Positions 24,185 through 37,178 are shown, counted from the first letter of the whole stretch. The stretch is 62,516 nucleotides of DNA, filler included, from 4 parts of 4 records of this genome joined end to end with filler, not necessarily neighbours in it; one strand, 5' to 3'. Made by a program: numbers and translations. Notes: a model not told the origin generated them from the letters alone.

Positions 24185-24607
24185 CTACTCGGAGCATGCT
24201 GCGATCGCCGTTGCCGAGTCGTCAAACAGCTCAAGTTTCGTAATCAGATCGTTTTCGCCAAAGTAGACCTTTTCCACAATATTCAGTGCAAGTTCATTTC
24301 CAGTAGCCTTGATCCGAACTTTTCCCGTCATGGTGTTGTAGATGATGTTGCCGTCGTTCATGCAGTGCGAATGGTAGCGTGGCATGGCCAGGATCTCGAG
24401 GTTCTTCGGCCCAAACGCCTCCGCCCACTGATGAAAGCCGTCCGCGCAACGGAAAACACCGTACCACGGCACGCGCGGGTGCGCCGCATGAAAGTGCAGC
24501 TCTGCATCATCAGCTAAGAATTGGAGCGCACCCGCAACGTTTCCCCCAAGATACATGGCGGTGGCTGCTCCCCAGGTGGCAATTTTCTCGTCGCGAGTCA
24601 GAGGCAT
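24185..24607 (-). CDS. SnoaL-like / ketosteroid isomerase-like (NTF2-fold) protein, intronless, 140 aa
   Basis: GNVAGALQFLADDAELH...VPWYGVFRCADG...GKVRIKATGNEL...LITKLELFDDSA matches the SnoaL_2-type pattern; complete ATG-to-TAG ORF. Confidence 0.8.
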   Translation of the reverse strand: MPLTRDEKIATWGAATAMYLGGNVAGALQFLADDAELHFHAAHPRVPWYGVFRCADGFHQWAEAFGPKNLEILAMPRYHSHCMNDGNIIYNTMTGKVRIKATGNELALNIVEKVYFGENDLITKLELFDDSATAIAACSE

Positions 24608-27120
24608 GGTGCTGCGGTCCGCTAGTGAGACGGGCCGAAGTAGCCGGACAGGGGCGACGAAACGTTACGCAGAAATGGTCTCGACACTGCCGCGTCGCCT
24701 CTTCTCTCACCACAACGTTCGGCCCTGCTCGTCGCTCCGTCTTGAAACTGACCAAATATGGTAGCTGTACGTTATCCCATCATTTACTGTGAGATTGCAG
24801 CGTTGCATAGAACCCTTGGCAAAACCTGTGCGCAGCGTAGGACTTGGGCACGTCCCAACACGTCGTGCCGCTCCGTCTCAAGTGCAGACAGCCCTAGCCC
24901 GACGCGCCTTGCCGGCCTGAAACAACCTTTCGCACTCGCACGGCGATGGCAAACCCCGTAGCCACTGATTCACCGAGAGAAAGGAAAAACACTCCAGCTG
25001 TGTACTCTACTCACCATATATTGCAAACATCCACAATGGCATAAGTGGAGCTGGGGCGGGGAAAAAGGCCGGGCTAATTCTCCGTTCACAGCATAACAGC
25101 CTGCCAACAAAAACGCCACCTGTCTCCTCCGCTGGTCCGAAAACCAAAACGGGCACCTTTTTCTTATAGCGCGGAGCCACCGGCTTCGACCGCCACAAGA
25201 ACGCTGTTCGGCGGCGGATGGGTCTGGCGCACGAGCGACCAGCGCACAGTCGAATTTGGTTAGACCTTGTCAACCTGCGTTTCTCACAAGCCTCTCTCAC
25301 ATGGTGCAATGAGAATCGTCATGGGAATCATTCGCACAAGTAAGCTGATTGCACAAGCTGCAAAGAACTTCGCAACAACAGTTACGCTCGCCTGCTGGGA
25401 CAGGAGCACACGGGGCGCCAGGACAGCTCGGTGTCGGTTGCTTCGCCAGCACACGCCTCGGTTCGCAGTGGCCCTTCCGTGTGGCACAGCTGTCCTCTCT
25501 GTGGAGTTACTCGCCACACGTTGGCACTGCGTCGAGCTCTATCCTTTTTTTTTGATTTGCTGAGTTAGAACCGGCGCGCAAAGTCTGAAGTTTGGTTCAC
25601 GCCCGCATAATAATGAAATACGGTACGTTAACTGTTCTCCCGCGCCCTTGCACGCGCGCTTTGACTGTGCAAGCAGCGGCTCGTGGCGCATTTACTCGCG
25701 CCACTTCTATTTGTTTGTTTGTTTGTTTGTTTTCCAACATCCCGGCATTTCATCGTCATGGGGCGGGGTATGCACCGCAGATCGGCAGCGAACGGGTCGC
25801 GAAGGAGCGTCGCCGTCGCGCTCTTGTAACACCGTGTGCGCTGTCCCAGATTTGCGTCTCGCGGGCGTCCCCACGCACACTGCACCGCCGAATGCAGCGT
25901 GCGCGCGGTATCCCCAACGACTCATATTGCGATAACCAATAGCTCCTGCGCGCGTCGCTTACAGAGCACCTGCATCAAATACCTAATCTCTCGTATATAG
26001 TACAAACTTGAGTCTTCTTCGGTGACGAGCATCTCCAAAGCTGCGCAGTTCCTACGCGCTCCCGAACGTGTGCTGGCGAGTTCCCTTATATCTGTCACAG
26101 TGCGCTTGCATGTGCCGGTGCTGTGCCGAAAGCGTTGCCCACGCGCGCACGGACGCGCCCAACAAGCTCCGAGAGTGCCAGAATGCCATAGGAAACTTTA
26201 GCAAACGATACACCCGCATTTCGCTTCTTTGATTATGATTGATGATTGCATCGATCGAAAAAAAGGATATGCGAGTGGCTCCATTACCTTGTACGAGAAA
26301 GGGAAATGCCGCCTCTTATTCTTCTGATTAGTCGCTCGGCTGTGCGCGAGGCTTTCGCGTTCTTTGCGCGCGACAGCGCCAAGGATGGGACGTGGCTGTC
26401 CGCTAGATCCGCCGCGCTCGAATATGCTGCCCAAAGCAATTGCAGGAAATGTAGGCCTCTCGATATAAAAAAAATAATACAATATAGACTTTTGTTATTT
26501 CGAAGAGAGCGCACTGCGCTAAGCAGAGCCTCTACGGCGGCGCCGTGGCTTTGGCAGCAGCGGCGACAAGCTTCAGCAAAGCACCGCAACGGAAGGCGGA
26601 GGGGCCCCTTTAGACACAAGGCGCGGTGCGCGGGCCGATCCGAAGGCAGCTTCCTCCTTCGCCCGAGCATTACAATAAGCAGGAGTTGATCATACGGTGT
26701 GGGATATCGCATCATGTAGCATTTCAATTTCTTAATAGTGGAGAACAAGTGAATTCGGTTTCTCTGCAATGGCCGAAATTTTCCAAACAGCGCGGACGCT
26801 TACCGACCACAGAGGCGGGTGGGCGTGGGCTCTGCGTGCGCTTGTTTTGGCGTCGGGCTCATCCTGCGTCCCGGAAAGAACGGCAGTCGCTGTGTCGAAG
26901 GCCCGTCCGCACAAGCAGCGCGAAGCCCCTGAAGTGCAACCGTGCTGAGCGTGACCGTTCCAGCCCAAGGCGAGCGCAGTGTGGTGGCCCTAATCGGCGT
27001 TTCCATATTGCTGCGCCGATCTCTCTCTCACACACACAAAAAAGCCAAACTTTGGCGGAAGTTGCGCGTTTAAATTCAGAGCTAAACACTTTCAAAGGAA
27101 AGACGTCAGGACTGATATAG

Positions 27121-29907
27121 ATGCAGGCTTCCTCCTGCGCAAACCAGAAACTGCAGACCAAGCAGGCCCCAGCGCTTGCTTGGGGAGGTGAGCTGCAGGG
27201 ACTGCGTCGGTGCGACCGCGCCGGCGCGACGCGGACGCCTGCCAACGTCTTACATTGGTCTCTACCGAAACTCCCTCGTGCTGCCCCGAATTATGCAGCT
27301 CTTTTGCTATGCATTGCGCTAGCGATCCACGCGTCTTCGGCCGCGCAGGATGCAAGCACCATCGAACTCGATCCGCTACCCGAAGAATACGAGTACTTGG
27401 ACATGGTATGTGCACGTGGAATTGAGTTGCTCGGTGCAGGAGCGCAAGCCTGGCCCGATCCCGTGCTCGCAGGAAAATCCAGCAGCGCCCATGTCTCCTT
27501 GTTGCCAAGGCGGGTGGTGGCCCACCGGCAGGTTGCTCTCCTGCTCATGAATCTGCATTGCTTCCGCATAGCCCCTCCCCAGAGTGTCAGGTTCGAGAGT
27601 GTATCTTGTATCCAGTAAGTGAATGCTGGCCTACATGGAAATGAGCAGGTTGAACGCGGCGACTCGCGGGCTCTTCGTCGCGCAAACCGCCATGCCTTAC
27701 GCAGGAGCAGCGGAAATGACCTTTCGCACCAAGCGCTCGCCCAACATTCCCTCGCTCGCACCGAGTCCTGGCCCTGCGAGCTGCTCCTTGCAACCGACGC
27801 TGAGCTGGCAGAAACAGATGTAGATCACACCCCCGCCACACGGGGAAGAGCTAGGCAAAGATATGACGCGAAGAAACGGTGCCCCTTCCCGTTTGAGGTG
27901 CTAGCCACACAACTCGCACATCTGCATCTTTCATTGCAAACGGCGAGCGTTCTCTGGCGACAGCTGGGCGCACGCTTTCGGTGGCAAGGCTCACGGTGCA
28001 TCCGCGACGTGCCTCACCACCCAGGCACCTTTAGCGCCTCCCCACTGAAAGCGACCATGTCTGCAATGCACCGTTCGATGCAGAACGCTCTCGAATACGA
28101 AAGCCCGCCCGACGAGTTACTAGCCGAGGATGATTCTTTGGGCAAGAGATCCTGCCCGCCTGGAAAACGCCGCTGGGGCATCTTTTGCCGCAAGTGCGCG
28201 TTTGGAAGGTACCAACCGGGCAAGTCCTCGAACACGTGGTGCCCAGCATGCCCACAGGGAACTTATGGGCCTGCACGCGGCCTCGCGCGCTGCAAAAAAT
28301 GCCCGAAAGGAAAGACTTCGCAAAAAGGTGCAAAGCTTCGCTGCGATAAATGCGGCAAGGGCAAGTACGCTGATGAATGGGGTCTTCCGCAGTGCAAAGA
28401 CTGCGCAAAGGGAAAGTACGCCGGTAGTCGCGGGCAGGAGCAGTGTGGGCGCTGCAACCCAGGTTCTTACAACGACAAGGAGGGCCAGGAGAGCTGCGCG
28501 CTCTGTCCCCAAGGCACGAGCAACGGCGAGCGAGGCAGCTCGGCAAAATCAGCATGCAAAGCGTGTGCGCCAGGAAAGTACGGGCCACGCCGCGGCCTTG
28601 CGGAGTGTAGCCTGTGTCCACTAGCCACGTTTCAGGACCAGGAAGGGTCGGTCAACTGCAAGTCGTGCCCGAAAAATCGGAGCCCGTGGAGAGAGGGTGC
28701 TAGCGCCGAGTCCCAGTGCACTACCTGTCGCCCAGGCGCGGAAATGACGGCCGGAACATCGGCCGATCCAACTTGCACCGAATGTGAAACAGGCAAGGCA
28801 AAAGAGTCTGCAGGCACTGCGAAATGCTCTGTTTGTCCGAAAGGAACGCACGCGGCCAAGACGGGCATGTCGAACTGCGAGCCCTGTCGTGCGGGCACGT
28901 ATGCTGATGCAACTGGCATGCCCTCGTGCAAAAAATGCCCGCCAGGAACGTCCTCCAGCAACGGGGCATCGAAGTGCACGCCGTGCTCGCCCGGATACTA
29001 CAGCGATCGCGCCGGCATGCCAACGTGTAAAACGTGTAGGCGTGATCACTTTAACCCGGATCATGGGCAAACATCGTGCAAGCCCTGCCCGGCGGGCTCC
29101 ACATGCAAACGAGGGGGGTGCGCTGCAGAGTCGGAATGCGAAAAGTGCTCGCCGGGACACTACGGCCCCAAGCCTGGCCAAGGATGCACCGCATGCGCGC
29201 CCGGTACTTTCGCTTCGACAAGTGGATCGACAGATTGCACCAAGTGCTCACCAGGCACGCATGCCTCCAACCGAGGTCAGTCGAAATGTGCAAACTGTGC
29301 AGATGGAAAGTATGCAGACGGCAAAGGTGCAGTATCGTGCATCAGCTGCCCCGCTGGAAAGTCGTCGGGAAAGAACCACGGCTGGGGCGCGTGTTTCGAC
29401 TGCGCGGCAGGATTCCACGCTCCGCATCCAGCCTCAGCGCAGTGCTTGCCGTGTCCCTCGGGCAAATTCTCTACCGAACCTGCACAGGCTCAGTGCCAAA
29501 ACTGCGAAGCGGGCAAGTACGCCGCCAAGCGTAGAAGAGGGTCGACCGCATGTAGAAGCTGCTCGGCTGGAAAGTACAGCAGCGAAGGCGCAGGCGAATG
29601 CCCGAACTGCCCATCAGGGCACGCATCCAAAGCCGGCGCTCCCTCGTGCTATGCGTGTGGCCCTGGAAAATACGCAAGAGATGGCGGCAAATCGTGCTGG
29701 TGGTGCCCAGTGGCTCGCTACAGCAGCGGCGGTGCAAATGCCGACTGCGGCTGGTGTCCTGAAAACGAGTACACGAACGACGAGCACACAGGCTGCTTGC
29801 CCTGCAAGGAAGGTTTCTACCGGCCGCACACGCAAGCGTGGAATTGGTGCAGGCACAAGACCGAGACAGACACAAGTGACAACGATTCGCGTAAATATGG
29901 TCGGTGA
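27121..29907 (+). CDS. Secreted cysteine-rich protein with about 32 CxxC repeats (ephrin-receptor-like / GCC2_GCC3-type)
   Basis: Likely exons 27121-27405 (possible in-frame intron 27188-27298) and 28084-29907. Signal-like ALLLCIALAIHASSAA, then an acidic segment, then repeats of the form CxxCxxGxYxxxxGxxx. No TM segment before the stop. Confidence 0.75.
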
Positions 29908-30223
29908 AATATGCAGCAGGTGCACGCGCTGCACCAGTGCGGTGCTGTCGCTGCAGCTCTGCCTGCGCGCCACAAATGGTGCTGCAGACTCTCGGCACCC
30001 GCCAGACTCCCCAGGGTTTGCAACAGCCGCATGCGAATTCCTGTTCCGTGGAAGCCGCCATCGCAATGGCCACGAAAAAGGCGCACTGCCGTTTGTATTG
30101 CAACCGTCCCCAGAGTGGCGGTAGCAAGGCACCACTGCTGGACACGTCCTTCGGCTCTGCGTGCAGCAACCCGGCCGGTTTCAAATACATGCGTGCGTCG
30201 CTGCAATGCGCTCTCGCTGCGGC

Positions 30224-33200
30224 CTACAGCTGCCGCGGAGCACACTCGATCCGCTTTCCAATTGCCACGACAGCAGGTACACCTTCAAATGAGAGCGGAT
30301 CTCCGTCAAGTACAGCAAGCGCCGCGGGAGCTCCAGCGCGCACTTCACCGTATCCTGGTGGAAGACCAACGGCGTCCGCCGGTGACGAGGTGATGAGAGC
30401 CAATGCCGCAGCAGTCGAGTACCCATACTCGCGAGCTAGTCCTGCAACCCATCGCAGGCTCCGCGCTGCATATCACCACACGCACAAAAGAACAACAACA
30501 TACCACACGTGCCCCTTCGTCAGCGGATCAATAGAAACAATGACCGTAAGGAATGCTACGTAATCCAGCCAGGTGCGCGCGTCGCTTTCTCGTGCAATGT
30601 TATTATTTTTGTTATGGGCTCTTCCAATTCCGACACGCTGCACAGCCTCAACCACAGCGCTGCGATCTCCTTGTGTGTGGACGATCGCATGAAACAGCAG
30701 CACGCGACAACTGATTCGTAAAAGTTAAGGCGGTGCACTTCTCACCAAAAAAAAAAAAGAACAGAGGGCGGGAAAAGTAACGACGTATGGCGTGTATGCA
30801 GACGAGAGCGGCTGATAGCTGCTCATACTGCAGGCATCCTGAAGCTCAGCAAGAAACCTCGGAAGCGACGACGACGCTTCCAGAAATAGAAAGAGAAAAA
30901 AAAAGAAGAAAAAAAGAAGAAGCGCACTCGATGCACGTGCCTCCGTTCGGCCCCATGCCGCAGACACAGTGAGCCAAACGGCCGCTCGCTCGCTATCCAC
31001 CTCTCTGCGCAATTTACTTTACGAAACGCAGTCGAAGATACACTGCATCGGTCTGATTCAATTTTGTTCGCTACTCATACCAAGCAGCGTACCGTTGTCT
31101 GTATTTCCAGTGGCAAGTGCGACCGGAACACCAGCGCGCTCCAGAATGTGGAATCCGGACTCCCTCGCCCGCCTCGTGTTCCACCCCATCGGCGGTGAAT
31201 TCAGCCGCGGAGTTTCTGCACCGGAATCGATAAGGCAACAAGCCAGCACATGCCTCGCCCCAATGTAAATTTGCGGATACGCATCATCCACACGCACACG
31301 CCAGCAAGGATCCAAACTTTCACATACTCTAGGCAAAGGCAGCATGCAAAGAAGAAATCGCCAAAGCAGCACCCACAAGACACATGCGCCCCCTGGACTA
31401 GCTCAACAAGACTCTGCATCATCAAACGCTCTCGAATATATTAGCAAAAAAGTAGTTGTACTTGAAAAAAATGCAGTCTTATCAAATACCAACGCAAGAA
31501 TCCCTAACTTTCGCATGCTCCAGATAAGAAAGCATGCAAAGAAGAAATCGCCGAAGCAGCACATACAAGTCACAAGCGCCCCCAGGCCTAGCTCAAAAAG
31601 ACACTGCGTCATCGAACACTCTCGAATATGTGGGCAAGAGGTACTTGGACTTGGAAAAAAAATGCAGACGTAACAAATACCAACGCAAGTTCTCGTTTCA
31701 ACGTACGGTCGTTACTCGCCGCAACAATAACCGACACGTTCGGAGAAGCCGCAATTTCGGCAGCGACAACGTGCGCCTCCGCCCCGCCAACAATCACCAT
31801 AGGGAAACCAATTTCGCGCTGCAAACGCAGCATCGCAGCAATGTTGTCCGCCTGTCCGCGGCGTCGAATACCCCGGTTCCCCCCAAAATAGAATCGCAAA
31901 AGTACACTGTAAGGAAACGAATGCGCGAGACAGCTGGTGGAGAGGACGCTGCCGTGGGGAAAACACTGTAACGCGAAGCGCCCAGAGCGCCCTGCGCGTG
32001 CGCAAGGTGCATCTCTCTGAGCGCCATGTGGCGTGTTGCCGCCGTCAGGTGTTCAAACTTGCCGAGATTCACCCACTCCCTCTTTCCAAGTGCCCGTACC
32101 GCCCACTCACTTGGACTGCAACGCTACCTAAGCGAGCATGGACACGCTCCAAGCCAAGCTGGCCAACACCAGTCGCGATCTCAGCAGCAACCATCGCCAC
32201 CTGCCTATGCACTTTGTACGCTCCAATTGGGAGGATAGCGAGGTGACTGCCTAATCACGAAGCGGCGCAATTCACCGCCAATCCCAACTTCCAAGACGAT
32301 CAAAAGGCACACTCCCGTGACGGTACATTCGCTTAGATAATCCGTCAAGTCTCTGCAAGCACGGGAAAAGCCTGTATCCTCCCACAAGGCGTCGAGCGCG
32401 AATGCAACACCGCCTCCACAAGCCTACACGGTGGACGAGCTGGAAACAGTGCGCCCACGGTGCACAGCGGCACCCTATACGATCATCACAGGAGCACTTG
32501 CCGGTTCTCCACAGTTCGCACTCTTCCTACGCTATAATACCGATTACCAAGGGGATCGGTACCAGCATAATGCTGCGACACAACGTAATTGGCGTGCTTA
32601 AATGCGCAATTCGCCCCCGCTCACCTGGTGCTCGTGGAGAAGCACGCGCGTGCTCCTGTTTGCCCCCTTCCAGTCCATGCCGCCAAGATACTCGCGCAAC
32701 GATGCAATCGCCGCGGGCACTCCGGCGGAAGTATCAACGCGAACGGAAATTCCAACATAGTCAACGGGATATGCATCGCCCGCTGCAATGGAAGAACCTG
32801 CAAGTCTGAATGCCCCCGCTTTTCCGCCAACAGGGCCCGAGCTCGCACCGCCCGCCGGATAAACAACGGCACCCGCAATGCCAGCGGCGCGCGCCGCGTG
32901 AACATGCTTTCCAACGCCTTCCGCGCCCAGACGAATGCCGTCAATGGCGCGCATCGTAGCGCCTCCGCTTGCAGCAAGCGAGTACGTCGCTTGCTCAGAC
33001 GCAATTTCCACCTGTCCAATCTCCGATGCGCTCTCGATAAACCCGGCGACTAGCGACAGCTCCGCGCCAGTTCCAGGCCGCGCGGAGTACACGGTGGCGC
33101 CCGCCGGCACTGGGCACGCCGCCCACGCTCCTGCGCACGTGACCGAGCCGTCCTCCACTACGACAGTCGCATTCTCAACAGCGGAGGGTGCATCCGACAC

Positions 33201-36076
33201 GCGCACACCGCGTGCACTCGGATATAACCGGACACCTACAAACGCATACGACGTGGCATTTTCGTCCCGGAGGCCAGAAGAAAGTAACTCGCACGCCCCA
33301 CCAGCAACGGCACGCTCGCGCTGCAAGGCGGAAAACGTGGGAACATGCGTGCTCCTCGGCTTCCGCTCTTCTCCGAGAGCAGGTGGCTTCATATCAACGC
33401 CGTCGATGTACACGTGCAGTGCTTGCGCTCCAAGGCTTAGCGGGTATCTACATGCAAAAGGTAAATGCGCAGAAGCATCGGTATTAGGCAAACCAGTACG
33501 CCGCCGCGCGCAAGCGCCCGGTTTCCGATGCGCTTCCCGTAGCCAGACTCGCCCAAGCAAGAGAACGCTACCTGGCGCGCCCGACGAGAACAAGACTTTG
33601 GGAACCACAAAAGTACACCACATCTGCAAATGCTTGTGCTGCTGCTGCGCACAGCCGTCCATCCCTTTCCGGTGGACAAGGCAGGGGTCAGCCGGGGCCT
33701 CCAGCTTGGTTCGGTGGGGTGAGGGGCGCGCAATGCGAACACGAAGTCGCGCCTCCAGCCATAAGCCGACACGCAGCCAAGCCTCGGCTTCAACAAAAAC
33801 AGAGCGTACGGACAATCGTCACCCTTGCCATGATCACGCAAAACACACGCGCGCCCTGTGAACACGCTGCAGCAGCTCCGGCCACAAACCAGCACACCTG
33901 TCCCTTGCCCATTGCCAAGCCTCGACTTGAACAAAACAACAACAAAATAAGCAGAGCGTACGGACAATCGTCGCCCTTGGCATGATCACGCAAAGCACAT
34001 GCGCGCCCTGCGAACACGCTGCAGCAGCTCCGGCCACAGACCAGCACACCAGCCCCTCGACCCGCTGCCGCCCTTTGTACTAACCCCGCACGTACCGGTC
34101 CCACACGACAAAATCAGCGTCCATACCAGCAGCGAGAGACCCGACCCGATGGCCCATCGCAATCGACTCGGCCGGGACGCGCGTGATTGCGCGCAGCGCG
34201 TCTTCTGCACCGAGCCCGTAGTAGTGTGCCTTTGCAGCTTCGACAGCCAAATTGCCCGACACCAGAACGGGATGATCCGATTTCAGTGCCATGGCAACCC
34301 CGGCATCTCGCAGCACGCGCGGACTCCGCACAGACGCGCCGTACGCCTCGAACTTGTAGCCCCACAAGTCGCTGAATGTCGCAACAGTGATGTTGTTCTC
34401 GCGCATGAGCTCCGGCACCTTGTACGCTTCAAGAGCGTGATGAAACGCGCTAATGGAGAATGAGAATTCGTGCGAAAGATGTACCAACGCTGCAAGATCG
34501 CCTACCGTGTAGCAATGCACATTAAGCAGAGCCCGTCCGCGGAGCAGCTCCACCAACGGCTGCAGCGATACATCAACGGGATAATCGCGACCGCTCGTCG
34601 TGGCATCGCCGCGACACCAGGCATCCTGTGCGTTGCGGAGCTGTGCGGCCTCGGATAGCTTCTTGCGCATTAGCCAAATGTTGCCCATTCGAGACATCGG
34701 AGTCTATGCGCCCGGCACAGGAGAAGCCGCCGAAAAAAAATAATGCAATGCATACGACATGTAAGAAGAGGCAAATCAGCCAGCACCTTTTTTCCTTAGC
34801 CAGGCCGTACACAATCACACAACTTGCCAGACACCTCTGCCCTCCATCGGTCTTGTGAGGCACCGTGACGATACGAGTGCCGAAGAAAGAAAAACTGCAA
34901 CAGCCACTCAATCTCCCACGGGAACGCTGCAGCTGGTACCTCGTCGCTCATACACTATCAACGAAATCGCGCGCGCAGTGCAGACACTGATCACAGGCGG
35001 AATATTCAAGCAACAACTGGCAATAGATGCACAATGCTTCGACGCAGACGCAAGCAACAGCTCGCGGCTGTTTTCTGATTCTCGAAACAAGTCGCAGAAA
35101 CAGGCCGGCAGCAGCGCGAATGCGATTCGGTCGGATACTCGCACCGATTCCACGCACCTGATGCCGAGACCCGTACACACGCTTCGGATTCTCTCCGCAC
35201 GCCATCTTCAATGCGGTCCGCCCATCCTCATAAATCATATCATGGACGCTACTTCCGCGTAGCTACCCGGTAACCGGCGCAGAAAGCAGCGAGCACAGCA
35301 TGACAGCAAGGTAAAGAAGAGCAGCGCAGGCGGAAGGATGGGCGCAGCGCAGCTCTGCTCAAGACGCAAGCTCCACTTCCGCTCCGCACAGACCGCCGTG
35401 GTGCACCAATACTTCCCAAGACTCACAGGGAAACGCAGAGAAATCACCACGACTGAAAAGAAATGGCGCATTTGTAGCATAACACATGATTGGTGCCATG
35501 TGCGTGTTGGTGGCTGCAGCGCCAGTGCACCAATGAGACGCCAACAACAGCAATGTTCAGAACATCCCCGGCGAAATCACCGGCAACCGATGCAGGCCGC
35601 CCTCGCGCAGCTGTGTACAGCTGTCCCTGTGCACATACAACGGAGACGCCCGCGCTCTACTGGATATTATGACAGCTGCGCAGTATATACTTTCAGTAGG
35701 AGGAAAGGGATATCACCTGTTCTCCATTGGGACAGCCTGGAGAAGGAATCAACACCACACCAGCGTGCCCAACGCGCCCGTTGTGACTCCCTGCGTACGT
35801 GCCTACACCCCTCCCCGGGACCCAAAGTCCTATCAACGAACTCACAGCAGGCGAACACGTCCCACCCTACTTCCCACTAGCCAATCGTACGCGACTGCTA
35901 CTCTGTTCTGTCGGAATGCATGATGGAACAAAAGGACGCCAAGCACTAGCCGCAAGATTCTGGTGTAGCTGCAAGCGGCGCCACCGCTACCGGTACGCGA
36001 CGAACCTTGATGCGGAAAGCCTGCCCACCCATGAGGTTCCCACTTCCTGGCAAAATCTGCATCGTGGTTACGCCAC
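30224..36076 (-). CDS. Tandem (double-domain) metal-dependent amidohydrolase, imidazolonepropionase-like; 5' end cut by contig edge
   Basis: Phase-consistent exons 36076-36006, 35262-35158, 34703-34096, 33447-32625, 31851-31707, 31215-31093, 30465-30224 (TAG). Domain 1 motifs: GGVTTMQILPGSGNLMGG, LKMACGENPKRVY, NVHCY, FHHALEAYK, SDHP, GSLAAGMDADFVVWD. Domain 2: GFIESASEIGQVEI, RAIDG, VIVGGAEAH, DGDPLSF. Confidence 0.85.
31300..31689. repeat. Intronic tandem duplication, 2 diverged copies of about 190 bp
   Basis: AGCATGCAAAGAAGAAATCGCC at 31341 and 31531; both copies end in CAAATACCAACGCAAG. Confidence 0.85.
33776..34050. repeat. Intronic direct duplication, 2 copies of about 125-135 bp
   Basis: AGAGCGTACGGACAATCGTC...GAACACGCTGCAGCAGCTCCGGCCACA-ACCAGCACACC at 33801 and 33953. 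Confidence 0.9.
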
Positions 36077-36625
36077 CTGTATATGCGTACGTACAGAGCC
36101 CCGAAAGACATCGCCGTATACGTAAGGGAACCTCCCGCATTGTCGCAGTATAGCCACGAAAATGGCTACTGGGAATAGCGCACGGTAACGCTCGAGCAGA
36201 CCATGCTGTGCTCGCCAGGGAAACCATGCAAGCTCTTTTGTCGAGGAAGACGAGCAGCAAGCTGTACCCAACGCACTGTCACATCCTCGCGTTAAACCCT
36301 TTCCGCTTTAAGTATATAGAAGCACAATGCGGGTTCGCACACATGCGGTTCCGTCGGCCACACATGCAAAAGATCCAGATGCAAGGACATGCAATGCGCA
36401 TCAGGTATGTAACAAAGGCTCCTCATCGCCCAAGCAATACGCCTCGACCCGGATTCCCTCCCCTGTCGCTGCTCCAGCGCAAGCGAGCGCTGTGCGACTG
36501 CTAAACGCGCAACATGTCACAGCTTCCCCGTGCAAGCGCTGCAAGCCTTGCACCAAACATGTTCGGACGCATGTAAGCAACCATACAGCGAGCTGCAATC
36601 ACGGCACCAACCCCAAAGAAAACGA

Positions 36626-36725
36626 NNNNNNNNNNNNNNNNNNNNNNNNNNNNNNNNNNNNNNNNNNNNTTAATTAATTAANNNNNNNNNNNNNNNNNNN
36701 NNNNNNNNNNNNNNNNNNNNNNNNN
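36626..36725. other. Artificial contig linker
   Basis: 44 N + TTAATTAATTAA + 44 N. Confidence 0.99.
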
Positions 36726-36836
36726 TGTTGTAGATATTGATCAATAGAAAGTATCAGTCGGGAGGCAGGTATGCGCGCGGAATTATTGGAGTGGCTTCAT
36801 TATGCTAGGGTGGACGCTGCCCTTTGTGTGGTGCAG

Positions 36837-37178
36837 GCTCTGGAGCACGAGTACTTCAAGATCGAGCCACAACCGACGCCCACGCACGAGCTCCAGCTGC
36901 CAGATACACAGCAGAAAGGTGCGTGGTGTTTATCAGTGTTATTATCGTTTGGGGGGTTGCCTTGTTTCTGAATGCAATGGATCGGAAGGCATCGTGTATG
37001 TGTGATACTATCGTGGTTTTGCGTGTGGATCCGTTGGGGTTGCCTGCTGTTTTATATGCTCGTTTCTATTATCGTGCGCAATGTTGCTCCAGACGCGGCT
37101 GCGCTGCGGGCAGAGGACGAAGAGCGCGCTGCGTCGTTCGGCGCGCTTTCGAAGCGGCTAGATTTCGGGGATTTGTAG
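36837..37178 (+). CDS. 3' end (last two exons) of a cyclin-dependent kinase, CDK7/CAK-like
   Basis: Exons 36837-36918 and 37093-37178 give ALEHEYFKIEPQPTPTHELQLP...LSKRLDFGDL*. This resembles the ALxHxYF end of a kinase domain plus the CDK7-type PxPTPxxxLxxP and terminal KKLxF motifs. The kinase core lies beyond the gap. Confidence 0.55.

Noticed and set aside
28784-30124. 446-aa alternative-frame ORF over the Cys-rich gene, and similar long Arg/Ala-rich shadow ORFs elsewhere (e.g. 46209-47393, 58124-59278)
   Set aside because: Expected by-products of high GC and codon bias; no domain signal.
32110-32200. Exon-like 90-nt segment in an amidohydrolase intron
   Set aside because: Direct joining of 32625 to 31851 already gives a family-like LLHEHQADNIAAML; an extra exon would interrupt it.
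31300-34050. CRISPR array or transposon
   Set aside because: Only two-copy long duplications; no short repeat-spacer pattern, terminal inverted repeats or transposase.
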